Of a stretch of DNA of 64,000 nt, positions 28,379 through 41,286 are shown piece after piece. The first letter of the stretch is position 1. Each line of letters begins with the position of its first letter. The notes beneath the pieces were generated by a model. That model had not been told where the DNA came from. It did not search any database and saw only the letters and a list, made by a program, of their open reading frames with translations. Location of the stretch: assembly GCA_035358815.1 (NCBI GenBank), contig DAOPQC010000001.1, forward strand, positions 481,309 through 545,308, in the 5' to 3' direction. This DNA comes from Thermoanaerobaculales bacterium. Lineage in GTDB: Bacteria > Acidobacteriota > Thermoanaerobaculia > Thermoanaerobaculales > Sulfomarinibacteraceae. A program made the position numbers and the translations under genes.

Positions 28379-28400
28379 ACCCCCGCCGGAGGGCGGGGGT
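28379..28400 (-). terminator. 9-bp GC hairpin after the acyl-CoA dehydrogenase gene
   Basis: ACCCCCGCC-ggag-GGCGGGGGT. On the minus strand it is followed by ttcgtcgtttc and then the G-tract array. Confidence 0.55.
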
Positions 28401-28427
28401 CGTGAGGGAATCGGTTGAGGCGAGGCG

Positions 28428-30269
<1,842 letters not shown>

Positions 30270-30309
30270 GGAAGACCTCCCCCGAAGCGGTCAATCGCGT
30301 CTCGCGACC

Positions 30310-30329
30310 ATGAATGAACACTCATTCAT
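30310..30329. promoter_or_regulatory. perfect palindrome ATGAATGA-acac-TCATTCAT, a candidate repressor operator
   Basis: An AT-rich 20-mer in a GC-rich spacer, 41-60 nt upstream of the acyl-CoA dehydrogenase start. Confidence 0.55.
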
Positions 30330-30403
30330 ATTCGGTCCGCCGCGGGAAAAAAGCAACCCTTCCGGGCCGGGTGGCGGCAAGGCGTCGAGTGTCAGGACCT
30401 GGC

Positions 30404-30770
30404 GCTTCGCTTCGGCTCCGCTTCCGCGCCCGCTTCCGCTTCCGCGCCCGATCGTGGTGCCCGCCACTCGGAGCAGGCCCTACTCGGCCAAACGGAGAAA
30501 GTGACTCTGCTCCAGTACTTTCGAAGAAAAGCTGGAGGCTGGAACGAAGGCGGAAGCGGGCGGGAGGTCCACTGCCGCAGTGACTCACTGCGAAGGACCC
30601 TGGGCGGTTGGGAACGGGGACGGGAACGGGAACGGGAACGCGGGGACCCTGCTTGCGGCTCGGAAGGAAGAACGAAGACGGAAGGGGAAGGGGGCGGGTG
30701 GCCCACTGCCCCACTGCCCCATCGCCCCAACGCCCAGGACGGTCGGGAACGGGAACGGGAACGGGAACGT
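30404..30770 (-). repeat. complex multi-array repeat region
   Basis: Plus strand: C-hexamers 30404-30450, G-hexamers 30541-30566, palindrome cGCAGTGAcTCACTGCg 30576-30592, (GGGAAC)n 30610-30645, a purine tract, 8-bp periodic CCCACTGCCCCACTGCCCCATCGCCCC 30701-30735, and (GGGAAC)4 30744-30770. Confidence 0.85.
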
Positions 30771-30800
30771 GGAAACACTAAACCCACCCCGAAGGGTGGG
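30771..30800 (-). terminator. rho-independent terminator of pnp
   Basis: The minus strand reads CCCACCC-ttcg-GGGTGGG followed by TTTAGTGTTTCC. Confidence 0.7.
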
Positions 30801-30854
30801 CCTTGTCGCTCGTGGTGGGCTGCGATCAGTCGTCTGGGCGCAGTAGTCCGCCGG

Positions 30855-33095
<2,241 letters not shown>

Positions 33096-33109
33096 ACGGT
33101 GTCTCGATC

Positions 33110-33379
33110 CTATCCCCGTAGCCCGAGCTGCTCGACCAGTCGGCGATAGCGGGTGAGGTCCTTCGCCTTGAGGTAGTCGAGCAGACGACGGCGACGTCCC
33201 ACCAGCCGCAGCAGGCCGCGACGCGAGTGGAAGTCCTTGGTGAATGACTTGAAGTGCTCGGTGAGAAACTCGATGCGGCGGGTCAGCAGCGCGATCTGGA
33301 CCTCCGGCGAGCCGGTATCGTTGCCGTGCTGCCGGAACTCCTCGATGATCGTTGGCTTGCGGGCGTCAAAGTGACTCAT
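33110..33379 (-). CDS. rpsO: 30S ribosomal protein S15
   Basis: [57 protein letters not shown] lies upstream. Confidence 0.95.
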   Translation of the reverse strand: MSHFDARKPTIIEEFRQHGNDTGSPEVQIALLTRRIEFLTEHFKSFTKDFHSRRGLLRLVGRRRRLLDYLKAKDLTRYRRLVEQLGLRG

Positions 33380-33429
33380 GTCTCCTCCACAATTGGTTCC
33401 TCCGGTGGCGAGGAGGCAGCGGTACGGTA

Positions 33430-34437
33430 TCAGGAAGTTTCTCCGCTGGCAACAGATGGGCCGTCGTCGGCAGGTGCCGGCGGCGGAGCCTCGGTCGGCT
33501 GCAGCACCATGCTGGGGCGCAGCCCCACGGTCCGACCGCGTGCCAGCACCGACTGCACGACGGCGACGCCGAGCAGGCGGCCGCCCGGCGACCTCACCAC
33601 GACCTCGCTGTCGACCGCCAGCGGACCGCCGCCGGAGCGCAGGACCACCACGTCCTGGCCGTGGGCGAAGCGCTCCGTTGCCCCGCGGTTGAGCTGGACC
33701 TCTGCAAAGGGGAGGGTGATGCGGTCGATCGCGATCCACCCCGGGTGATCGAGGACGGGCTGGGGGCCGGCGGCGGCCTCGAGCGCGCTCTGCGGGATCG
33801 CGGTCTCGAGCGAGTAGGGGCCGATCGAGACCCGCTGCAGGCGATCGAGGTACCCCCCGCATCCGAGCTCGGCCCCGACATCGTGGGCCAGGGACCGGAC
33901 GTAGAAGCCGGACGAGACCGTCACCTGCACGCCAAGCAGGTCACGGTCCAGGCAGTTCAGCGAGAGCGCGTGCACCGTCACCGCCTTCGGCTCGGCGACC
34001 GCGGGGTGGCCGGAGCGGGCAAGCTCGTACATCCGCTTGCCCCCGATCTTCTTGGCCGAGTACGGCGGCGGCGCCTGCTCGATCTCGCCGGCAAACCGGG
34101 CCTCCAGCCTGGCCAGCGCGTCGCGGTCGAGCGCCGGCACCGCGCCACGCGGGTCCGCCGGCTCGCCCTCGCCGTCGTAGGTGGTGGTGGCGTGGCCGAG
34201 CCGGATCTGACCGCGGTAGGTCTTCTGCCAGCGCACCAGGAACTGCTGGAGGCGCGTCGCCTGGCCGACGCACAGCATGAGCAGCCCCTCCGCCATCGGG
34301 TCGAGGGTGCCGGTGTGGCCGATGCGGCGCTCGCCGAGCGCCCGGCGGGCCATGTCCACCACGTCGTGTGAGGTCGGGCCCTGGCGCTTGGCCACCAGCA
34401 GCAGCCCGTGCCGCAGCGAGCTGCGTCGGCGGCTCAC
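33430..34437 (-). CDS. truB: tRNA pseudouridine(55) synthase
   Basis: [17 protein letters not shown]...[22 protein letters not shown] 34435-34437 overlaps the nrnA stop (GTGA). Confidence 0.85.
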   Translation of the reverse strand: MSRRRSSLRHGLLLVAKRQGPTSHDVVDMARRALGERRIGHTGTLDPMAEGLLMLCVGQATRLQQFLVRWQKTYRGQIRLGHATTTYDGEGEPADPRGAVPALDRDALARLEARFAGEIEQAPPPYSAKKIGGKRMYELARSGHPAVAEPKAVTVHALSLNCLDRDLLGVQVTVSSGFYVRSLAHDVGAELGCGGYLDRLQRVSIGPYSLETAIPQSALEAAAGPQPVLDHPGWIAIDRITLPFAEVQLNRGATERFAHGQDVVVLRSGGGPLAVDSEVVVRSPGGRLLGVAVVQSVLARGRTVGLRPSMVLQPTEAPPPAPADDGPSVASGETS

Positions 34438-35420
34438 AGCGCCGCCTCGAGGGTTTCGCGGACGGCGGCGAGGACCGCCTCGCGGGCGGACGGGAGATCG
34501 CCGTCGAGGGTGCAGCCCGCCGCGTTGGCGTGGCCGCCGCCGCCGAACCGCTCCGCGATGCGCCGGACGTCGACCGCGCCGGCAGAGCGCAAACTGACGC
34601 GGACGGCGGCCTGCTCCCACTGCTTGAGGAACACGACGGCCCGGACGCCGTCGATGGCGCGCGGGTGGTTGATGATGTCCTCGGTGTCCTCGGGAGCGGC
34701 GCCGGCGCGGCGGAAGGCCGCCACGTCGAGCTCGATGACGGCGATCCGGCCTTCTGCTTCGAGGCGCAGCGTGGACAGGGCCTCGCCGAGGAGGAGCACG
34801 GCGGCCGCCTTGCGGCGACCGTGGATCCACCCCGCGACCAGGGTCGGGTCGGCCCCGGCATCGACCATCTCGGCCGCAGCGCGGAAGGCCCGGCCGGTCG
34901 CGTTGGAGTACCGGAAGTCGCCGGTGTCGGTGGAGAGGGCCACGTAGGCGTTGGTGGCCGCCGCGGCGGACGGCTTCACTCCTGCCGCCCGGAACATCCG
35001 CCACACCAGCTCGCCGGTCGCCGGCGCGTCGGCATCGACGTAGTTGACCTCGCCGTAGAGCGGGTTGGCCGGGTGGTGGTCGATGTTGAGGATCGGCAGG
35101 CGGTCCAGGCCGGGGAAGCCGGCCCGGTCGGGCTCCGGGCACTCGACCGCGACGACCAGGTCGAAGGCCTGCGGGAAGCCTTCCGGAAGCGAGTCGCCGA
35201 CCGCGACGCGATCGCGCCCGGGCAGCTCGTCGAGGGTGGCGGGCGCCGGGTCGCGGTTGACGACCACGGCCGGCACGCCGAGCGCCGCGGCCAGCTCGGC
35301 GAGCGCGAGCTGCGAGCCGAGGGAGTCGCCGTCGGGCCGCTGGTGGCCGACGATCAGCGCCCGGGTGGAGCGGGCGAGGCGCTGGACGGCCCCGCGGGCA
35401 TCGAGCTGTCCAGCCGTCAT
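34434..35420 (-). CDS. nrnA: DHH/DHHA1 phosphoesterase (NrnA-like oligoribonuclease/pAp phosphatase)
   Basis: Motifs: GHQRPDGDSLGS, NIDHHPAN, GGGGHANAAG. Confidence 0.8.
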   Translation of the reverse strand: MTAGQLDARGAVQRLARSTRALIVGHQRPDGDSLGSQLALAELAAALGVPAVVVNRDPAPATLDELPGRDRVAVGDSLPEGFPQAFDLVVAVECPEPDRAGFPGLDRLPILNIDHHPANPLYGEVNYVDADAPATGELVWRMFRAAGVKPSAAAATNAYVALSTDTGDFRYSNATGRAFRAAAEMVDAGADPTLVAGWIHGRRKAAAVLLLGEALSTLRLEAEGRIAVIELDVAAFRRAGAAPEDTEDIINHPRAIDGVRAVVFLKQWEQAAVRVSLRSAGAVDVRRIAERFGGGGHANAAGCTLDGDLPSAREAVLAAVRETLEAAL

Positions 35421-35827
35421 GAATCTTCCTCCCCGCTGCCGTCGTCGGTGCCGGTCGGCCCGGTCTGGATGCGGTCGAGCAGCCGCTCGATGCGATCGCC
35501 GTACTCGTAGGAGGTGTCGCGGTGAAAGTCGAGCGCGGGCACGGTGCGCATCCGCATCCGCCGGCCAAGCTCGCGGCGCATGAACGCGGCCGCCGCCGCG
35601 AACCCGTCCGCGGCCTGCCGCTCGCGCTCGGCGTCGCCGATGACCGAGTAGAACACCCTGGCCTGGGTGCGGTCGGCGGAGAGCTGGATCGCCGACACGG
35701 TGACGTCGTCCAGTCGCGGGTCCTTGACCGAGAGGCGGAGCAGGTCGGCGAGCACCGCCCGGATCTCGCCCTCGAGGCGTCGATTGCGGCTGAAGGTCTG
35801 TCGGCTGGTCAATTCACGCTCTCCCAT
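35417..35827 (-). CDS. rbfA: ribosome-binding factor A
   Basis: RNRRLEGEIRAVLADLLRLSVKDPRL..VTVSAIQLSADRTQARVFYS. ATG at 35825-35827. Confidence 0.85.
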   Translation of the reverse strand: MGERELTSRQTFSRNRRLEGEIRAVLADLLRLSVKDPRLDDVTVSAIQLSADRTQARVFYSVIGDAERERQAADGFAAAAAFMRRELGRRMRMRTVPALDFHRDTSYEYGDRIERLLDRIQTGPTGTDDGSGEEDS

Positions 35828-35854
35828 GTCGACGCTGCCGGCGGGCTGTCCGTC

Positions 35855-36015
35855 CGGGCGCGGAAGCGGAAGCGATTCTGGCACTCGGCTTCGTGCCCCG
35901 CCCGATGAGTTCCGCGGTCACGGGTTGCCACATCAGCGGGCGCGGAAGCGGAAGCGGGCGCGGAAGCGGGATTGGGGGCGTTTGCCTGTCACCTGTCACG
36001 GGTCACCTATCACAC
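35855..36015 (-). repeat. heptad array plus two direct hexamer arrays, inside the operon
   Basis: The minus strand after the DUF503 TGA reads GGTGTGA TAGGTGA CCCGTGA CAGGTGA CAGGC. The plus-strand block GGGCGCGGAAGCGGAAGCG occurs at about 35855 and again at about 35937. Confidence 0.85.
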
Positions 36016-36309
36016 CTGAATGATCTCGACGTCCCACGCCAGCACGCTGCCGCCCCAGGTTTCGTGCACCGTCTTCTCCACCCGCTGCAGCCGGCTCTCG
36101 ATGTCCACCGGATCGGTGGACAGGGCGCTGATGGCGAACCCGGCGCGCTGGTGCAGGTCCTGGTGGTCGGCCTCGATGATGAGGACCTGGTGCCGGTTGC
36201 GGATCCTCTCCACGAGCGGACGGGTCGCGCTCCGTTTCTCCTTGAGGCTGCGGGCGTCCTCGATGTGGACCTCGAGGCGCGCGATGCCGACGTAGATGTT
36301 GCGTTCCAT
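36010..36309 (-). CDS. DUF503 protein (YlxP-like)
   Basis: MERNIYVGIARLEVHIEDARSLKEKRS..RPLVERIRNRH. It sits in the canonical position between infB and rbfA. Confidence 0.8.
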   Translation of the reverse strand: MERNIYVGIARLEVHIEDARSLKEKRSATRPLVERIRNRHQVLIIEADHQDLHQRAGFAISALSTDPVDIESRLQRVEKTVHETWGGSVLAWDVEIIQV

Positions 36310-36431
36310 GCTCGTTTCGCCGACGCAAACTGAAATCTCGCAGCCCAGGTCTCGACATTGCCGAGCGCGGTTCCTTGAGACCGTGACGGAGGCCGATCGT
36401 CCCGTGGCCCGTGATTCTGGCTCTGCGCTGC

Positions 36432-36465
36432 TCCCTAGACCCCAGATCCTAGATCCCAGATCCTA
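36432..36465 (-). repeat. heptad array beginning with the infB stop codon
   Basis: The minus strand reads TAGGATCTGGGATCTAGGATCTGGGGTCTAGGGAG, with three TAG triplets in three different frames within 31 nt. Confidence 0.9.
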
Positions 36466-39183
36466 CAACTCGGGCGCGACCTCCACCATCCGGAAGGCCT
36501 CGATGACGTCGCCTACCTTGATGTCCTGGAAACGGTCGAGGCCGATTCCGCAGTCGAACCCCTGCCGGACCTCCGACGCGTCGTCCTTGAAGCGGCGAAG
36601 CGACGACACCTGGCCCTCGTAGACGACGACGTGGTCGCGCAGCAGCCGGACCTTGGCAGTGCGCGTGATGATGCCGTCGACCACGTGGCTGCCGGCGATG
36701 GCGCCGATCTTGGGCACCCGGAACACTTCGCGAACCTCGGCGTGGCCGAGCTCCTCCTCGTTGAAGACCGGCTCGAGGAGGCCGACCATGGCCTTCTTGA
36801 CGTCGTCGATCAGGTCGTAGATGACGGTGTACAGCCGGATGTCCACCTGCTCGGTCTCGGCGAGCTCGCGCGCGGTCCGCTCCGGCCGCACCGAGAAGCC
36901 GATGATGATCGCGTTCGACGCCGACGCGAGCATGACGTCGTTGGTGGTGATGGCGCCGACCGAGCCGTGCAGGTGGTTGATCTTGACGCGCTCGGTGGAC
37001 AGCGCAGCGAGCGCCTCGCGGAGCACCTCGACCGACCCCTGGACGTCGGCCTTGACGACGACGTTGAGCTCCTTGATGTCGCTCTCGGCGATCTGGTCGA
37101 ACAGGTTCTCGAGCGAGACCTTGCGGCCGGCGACCCGGCCCTCTTCCTTCTCGCGTAGGCTCCGGTAGCTGGAAACTTCGACCGCCTTGGCCTCGCTCTC
37201 GGTCCCCTGCAGGACGTCGCCTGCCTCGGGGACGGCCTCGAAGCCGATCACCTCCACCGGGTCCGAGGGGCCGGCCGAGTCGACGCGTTCGCCGCGGTCG
37301 TTGGTGATGGCCCGCACCCGCCCCCAGGTCGACCCGCAGAAGAAGAAGTCGCCGACGGCCAGCGTGCCCTGCTGGACGACCATCGAGGCCACGATGCCGC
37401 GACCCTTCTCCTTGCGCGCTTCGAGCACGACGCCGCGGGCCGGCCCCTCGACGGTCGCCTTCAGCGCCTTCATCTCGGCGACCAGCAGGATCATGTCGAG
37501 GAGGTCCGCGATGCCCTTGCCGGTCTTCGCCGATACCTGCACCGAGGGGACGTCGCCTCCCCAGTCGTCGACCAGCACCCCATGGTCGGCCAGCTGCTGC
37601 TTGACGCGATCAGGGTTGGCGTTCGCCTTGTCGATCTTGTTGATCGCCACCATCAGCGCCACGTTGGCGGCGCGCGCGTGGTTGATGGCCTCCTCGGTCT
37701 GCGGCATGACGCCGTCGTCCGCCGCCACCACCAGCACCACGATGTCGGTGACCTGGGCGCCGCGGGCCCGCATCTGGGTGAACGCCTCGTGGCCCGGGGT
37801 GTCGACGAACACCACCACCCGCCCGTCGTCGGTCTCGATGCGCGACGCTCCGATGTGCTGCGTGATGCCGCCGGCCTCCTGCTCGGCGACCCGGGTGGAC
37901 CGGATCGCATCGAGCAGAGAGGTCTTGCCGTGGTCGACGTGACCCATGACCGTGACCACCGGGGGCCTCGGCAGCGCCGGGCCGACCTCGGCCAGGCTCT
38001 CCTCGCGCTCGTACTCGAGGACCTCCTCGGCCGACGCCACCATCGCCTCGACCCCGAGATCCTCGCAGATCTCCTCGGCCAGCTCGTGGGGGAGGGACTG
38101 GTTGGTGGTGACCATGACTCCCTTGGCGATGAGCAGCGCGAGCAGGTCCTTGGCAGTGACGTTGAGCTTCTCTGCGAGCTCGCGGGCGGTCACCATCTCG
38201 GACAGGATGATCGGGCCTTCCGGACGGTCGCCGTCCCTGAACTGCACCGTCCGGGTGGGCTGCGGTGGGGCCGGTGTCGTCTCGTCCCGCTGGAGGCGGC
38301 GGCGGGCCTTCTTGGTGGGCCGCCGCTCGCCGGGACGCGGTCCCGGGCGCGCCGGCGCCCCACCTTCCTGCTGGCCCTTGAGCTTCTGCTCCTCGAACTT
38401 GGTGAGCAGCTCGCGGATCTCCTTGGCGTCGGCGGCGGCCTTGGCCTTGCGCCCGCCTCCCGGCTTCGCCACCTTGCGACGCTGCTCGGCCCGCTTGCGG
38501 GCCTCGAGGCTCTCCTTGATCTCGTCCGGCGTGAGCTCGCGCAGGCCCTGCTCCAGGGGGGTCTTGGCGCGAATCGGGCGGACCCGCAGCGGGGCGGCCT
38601 CTTCGCCGGCCTTGCGGGACGCCGTCAGCTCCTCCTCGGTGATCTCGAACTCCGGCTTCTCCTCGACCTCGGCCTCGCCGGTGGCGTCGAACGGCCCCTC
38701 GGGGGCGGCCGCAACCTCCTCGACCCCGGCGACCACCTCGGCCTGCGGCGCCTCGCCGGCCTCGGGCGCCTCGGCGACCTCGACGACCTCGGCCTCGGTC
38801 ATGGGGACGGCCTCGGCGACAGCCTCGATCGGCTCGCCGGGCGCCTCCCCGGCCTCCTCGACCTCGACGCCCTCGTCGGCGGGGGCCGCTGCGAACTCGC
38901 GGATCTCCTTCTCGGTCTGCACAACCTGACGGCGCCGGCGCTTCGCCATCCGGTCCCGGGCGGTGCTGGTCTGGGACTCCTCCTCACGCGCCTCGGGGCG
39001 GACGATGACCTCTCGGGGTCGCTTCTGCAGGGTCTCGCCGGTGATGATCGATCGGACGGTGGAAAGGTCGAGGGCGTCCTCCTCGCCGCTGACGCTGACG
39101 CCAATCGAGCGGAGCTTGAAGATCAGCTCCTTTGGGCTGATGCCCATGGTCCGCGCCAGATCCACCACTCGAAGCTGCTGCAT
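36463..39183 (-). CDS. infB: translation initiation factor IF-2
   Basis: 906 aa. G-domain motifs GHVDHGKTSLLD, DTPGHEAF and NKIDK. Confidence 0.95.
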   Translation of the reverse strand: MQQLRVVDLARTMGISPKELIFKLRSIGVSVSGEEDALDLSTVRSIITGETLQKRPREVIVRPEAREEESQTSTARDRMAKRRRRQVVQTEKEIREFAAAPADEGVEVEEAGEAPGEPIEAVAEAVPMTEAEVVEVAEAPEAGEAPQAEVVAGVEEVAAAPEGPFDATGEAEVEEKPEFEITEEELTASRKAGEEAAPLRVRPIRAKTPLEQGLRELTPDEIKESLEARKRAEQRRKVAKPGGGRKAKAAADAKEIRELLTKFEEQKLKGQQEGGAPARPGPRPGERRPTKKARRRLQRDETTPAPPQPTRTVQFRDGDRPEGPIILSEMVTARELAEKLNVTAKDLLALLIAKGVMVTTNQSLPHELAEEICEDLGVEAMVASAEEVLEYEREESLAEVGPALPRPPVVTVMGHVDHGKTSLLDAIRSTRVAEQEAGGITQHIGASRIETDDGRVVVFVDTPGHEAFTQMRARGAQVTDIVVLVVAADDGVMPQTEEAINHARAANVALMVAINKIDKANANPDRVKQQLADHGVLVDDWGGDVPSVQVSAKTGKGIADLLDMILLVAEMKALKATVEGPARGVVLEARKEKGRGIVASMVVQQGTLAVGDFFFCGSTWGRVRAITNDRGERVDSAGPSDPVEVIGFEAVPEAGDVLQGTESEAKAVEVSSYRSLREKEEGRVAGRKVSLENLFDQIAESDIKELNVVVKADVQGSVEVLREALAALSTERVKINHLHGSVGAITTNDVMLASASNAIIIGFSVRPERTARELAETEQVDIRLYTVIYDLIDDVKKAMVGLLEPVFNEEELGHAEVREVFRVPKIGAIAGSHVVDGIITRTAKVRLLRDHVVVYEGQVSSLRRFKDDASEVRQGFDCGIGLDRFQDIKVGDVIEAFRMVEVAPEL

Positions 39184-39189
39184 TCTGGT

Positions 39190-40638
39190 CTACTCCTCGC
39201 CGGCTTGCGCGTCGGCCGCGTCGGCGAGCGCGATCTGGAGGGCCCGCCGCGACATGTCGAGCAGCTTCTGCGCGGTGACCGGCCCGATGCCCGGGATGGT
39301 GGACAGCTCGTCGGCGTCCCGGGCCAGGACGTCCTGGACGGTGTGGATGCCGTGGCTCTGGAGGCGCTCGCGCAGCCGCTCCGTGAGCATGTCGAGGTCC
39401 TCGAGCGGGATCAGCTCGCTGTAGTCGACGCTCTCCGCGGCTGCGCCGACCTGCGGAATCTCCTCCTCCTCCGCCACCCCCTCCATCTCCCGCAGCATCG
39501 ACGCCAGGGCGGAGGCCAGCTCGTCCTTGACGGCCTCCTCGCTCTTGATCTCGATCCGGCAGCCGAGCATCTTCGAGGCCAGACGGACGTTCTGGCCGCG
39601 CTTGCCGATCGCCAGCGACAGCTGCTCGGACCCGACGATCACGTCGAGCACCGTGTCCCGCGCCTCGCGCGTCACCGGCTCGCCGGCCTCGTCCAGGATC
39701 ACAGCTCCGTTCTCGTCGATCATGGTGACGAGAATCGGCTCCTCGCGGACAGCCACCCGGTTGATCTTGGCCGGCGCCAGCGCGTTCTGGGCGAACGTCA
39801 CGAGGTCGCTGTTCCAGGGGATGATGTCGATCTTCTCGCCCTTGAGCTCACGGGTGATGGCCTGGACGCGGGAGCCCTTGAGGCCGACGCACGCGCCCAC
39901 CGGGTCGACGTCGCGGTCCTTGGAGAAGACGGCCACCTTGGCGCGCTCCCCGGGCTCGCGGACGCACTTCTTGATGACCACGGTCCCGTCGTAGATCTCC
40001 GGCACCTCCATCTCGAGCAGCTTCTCGAGCAGCGCGGGGTCGGTGCGCGACAGCACGACCTGCGGACGGCTGGCGTCCATCGTGACGTCGACCACCACCG
40101 ACCGGATGCGGTCACCCTGGCTGTAGCGCTCGTGGCGCACCTGGTGGTTGCGGGGCATGATGCCCTCGGTGTCGCCGAGCTCGACGATGATCGAGCCCCG
40201 GTCGACCCGCTTGACGATGCCGTTGATCATCTCGTGGACGCGTCCCGAGTAGTTGCGGTAGACCACTGCCCGCTCGGCTTCGCGGACCCGCTGGAAGAGC
40301 ACCTGCCGCGCCGACTGCGCCGCGATCCGCCCCAGCTGCGAGGTGTCCAGCGAGTCGAGCTTGACCGGCGTGCCGATCTCCGCGGCGGGATCGATCTGAC
40401 GCGCCTCCTCGAGCGTCATCTCGGTCTCCGGGTCCTCGACTTCCTCGACGACGTCGCGCACGATCCAGCTCTGGACCTCGCCGCTTTCCGGCTCGATCTC
40501 GGTCAGCACGTTGCGCTGCTTGAAGTGCTTGCGGGCGGCCGACGAGATGGCCTCGGCGATCGCGTCGACCAGCTTCTCGGGTTCGATGTCGCGCTCGGCT
40601 GCGACCTGGCGCACCAGGGTGTTGATTTCGAGCTTCAT
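39190..40638 (-). CDS. nusA: transcription termination/antitermination factor NusA
   Basis: MKLEINTLVRQVAAERDIEPEKLVDAIAEAI. S1, KH and HhH regions are present. Its ATGA overlaps the rimP stop. Confidence 0.9.
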   Translation of the reverse strand: MKLEINTLVRQVAAERDIEPEKLVDAIAEAISSAARKHFKQRNVLTEIEPESGEVQSWIVRDVVEEVEDPETEMTLEEARQIDPAAEIGTPVKLDSLDTSQLGRIAAQSARQVLFQRVREAERAVVYRNYSGRVHEMINGIVKRVDRGSIIVELGDTEGIMPRNHQVRHERYSQGDRIRSVVVDVTMDASRPQVVLSRTDPALLEKLLEMEVPEIYDGTVVIKKCVREPGERAKVAVFSKDRDVDPVGACVGLKGSRVQAITRELKGEKIDIIPWNSDLVTFAQNALAPAKINRVAVREEPILVTMIDENGAVILDEAGEPVTREARDTVLDVIVGSEQLSLAIGKRGQNVRLASKMLGCRIEIKSEEAVKDELASALASMLREMEGVAEEEEIPQVGAAAESVDYSELIPLEDLDMLTERLRERLQSHGIHTVQDVLARDADELSTIPGIGPVTAQKLLDMSRRALQIALADAADAQAGEE

Positions 40639-41123
40639 GGCCGGCTCTTCCCTTCCTTCAGGACGGCGTCCCAGTCGACCTCGAGCCGCGCCTCGGAGAC
40701 GCGGTCGAGCGGCAGGCTGACGTCGTCCCCTGCCGGGGTGCGGAGCCGGACCTCGTCGCCCTCGAGGCCGATCAGCTCGCCAACGACCACCCGGTGCGCC
40801 CGGAATCCCGGATCCATCTTGACCTTTACCATCCGGCCGGCGAACTTCTCGTAGTCCTGCCGGTGGTACAGCTTGCGGTCGAGGCCCGGGGACGTCACCT
40901 CGAGCGTGTAGGCGTGCCGGATCGGATCGGAGACATCGAGGATCGCCGAAGCCTGGCGGGAGATGTCGGCACACTGCTCCAGCGTCACCCCGCTTGGACC
41001 GTCGATGACGAGCCGCAGCACGGTGCGCGGACCGCTGCCGACGAGCTCGGTGGCGAGCAGCTCGAGGCCCTCGCCAGCCGCCAGCTCGGCCAGCTCGTTC
41101 TCCAGGCTTGCGTCCAGCTTCAT
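40635..41123 (-). CDS. rimP: ribosome maturation factor RimP
   Basis: LEVTSPGLDRKL motif. ATG 41121-41123 follows GGGAG. An alternative start lies at 41141 or 41144. Confidence 0.8.
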   Translation of the reverse strand: MKLDASLENELAELAAGEGLELLATELVGSGPRTVLRLVIDGPSGVTLEQCADISRQASAILDVSDPIRHAYTLEVTSPGLDRKLYHRQDYEKFAGRMVKVKMDPGFRAHRVVVGELIGLEGDEVRLRTPAGDDVSLPLDRVSEARLEVDWDAVLKEGKSRP

Positions 41124-41142
41124 CCTGCTCCCTTGCTCCATC

Positions 41143-41174
41143 AAAAAAAGTGGGCCGGGGGCCCACTTTCTTTC
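41143..41174 (-). terminator. terminator-like hairpin plus U7 in the rimP-nusA leader (candidate attenuator)
   Basis: The minus strand reads gaaagaaaGTGGGCC-ccc-GGCCCACTTTTTTT and ends 2 nt before the first in-frame ATG. No minus-strand gene lies upstream of it. Confidence 0.5.
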
Positions 41175-41286
41175 GAAAGCAGCGCACGCTGTATAACACA
41201 GAACCGGGCACGCAGCAAGGTCAACTCCAGGCCTCTGCCGGGGGGGCGGCCTGCCGGGGTGCGGGCCGCCAGCCTACAATCGGCCC

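Noticed and set aside
41150-41174. Reading the 41150 hairpin as the terminator of a plus-strand gene.
   Set aside because: No plus-strand gene ends upstream of it, because everything from 30855 to 41123 is on the minus strand. It is interpreted instead as a leader element of rimP-nusA.
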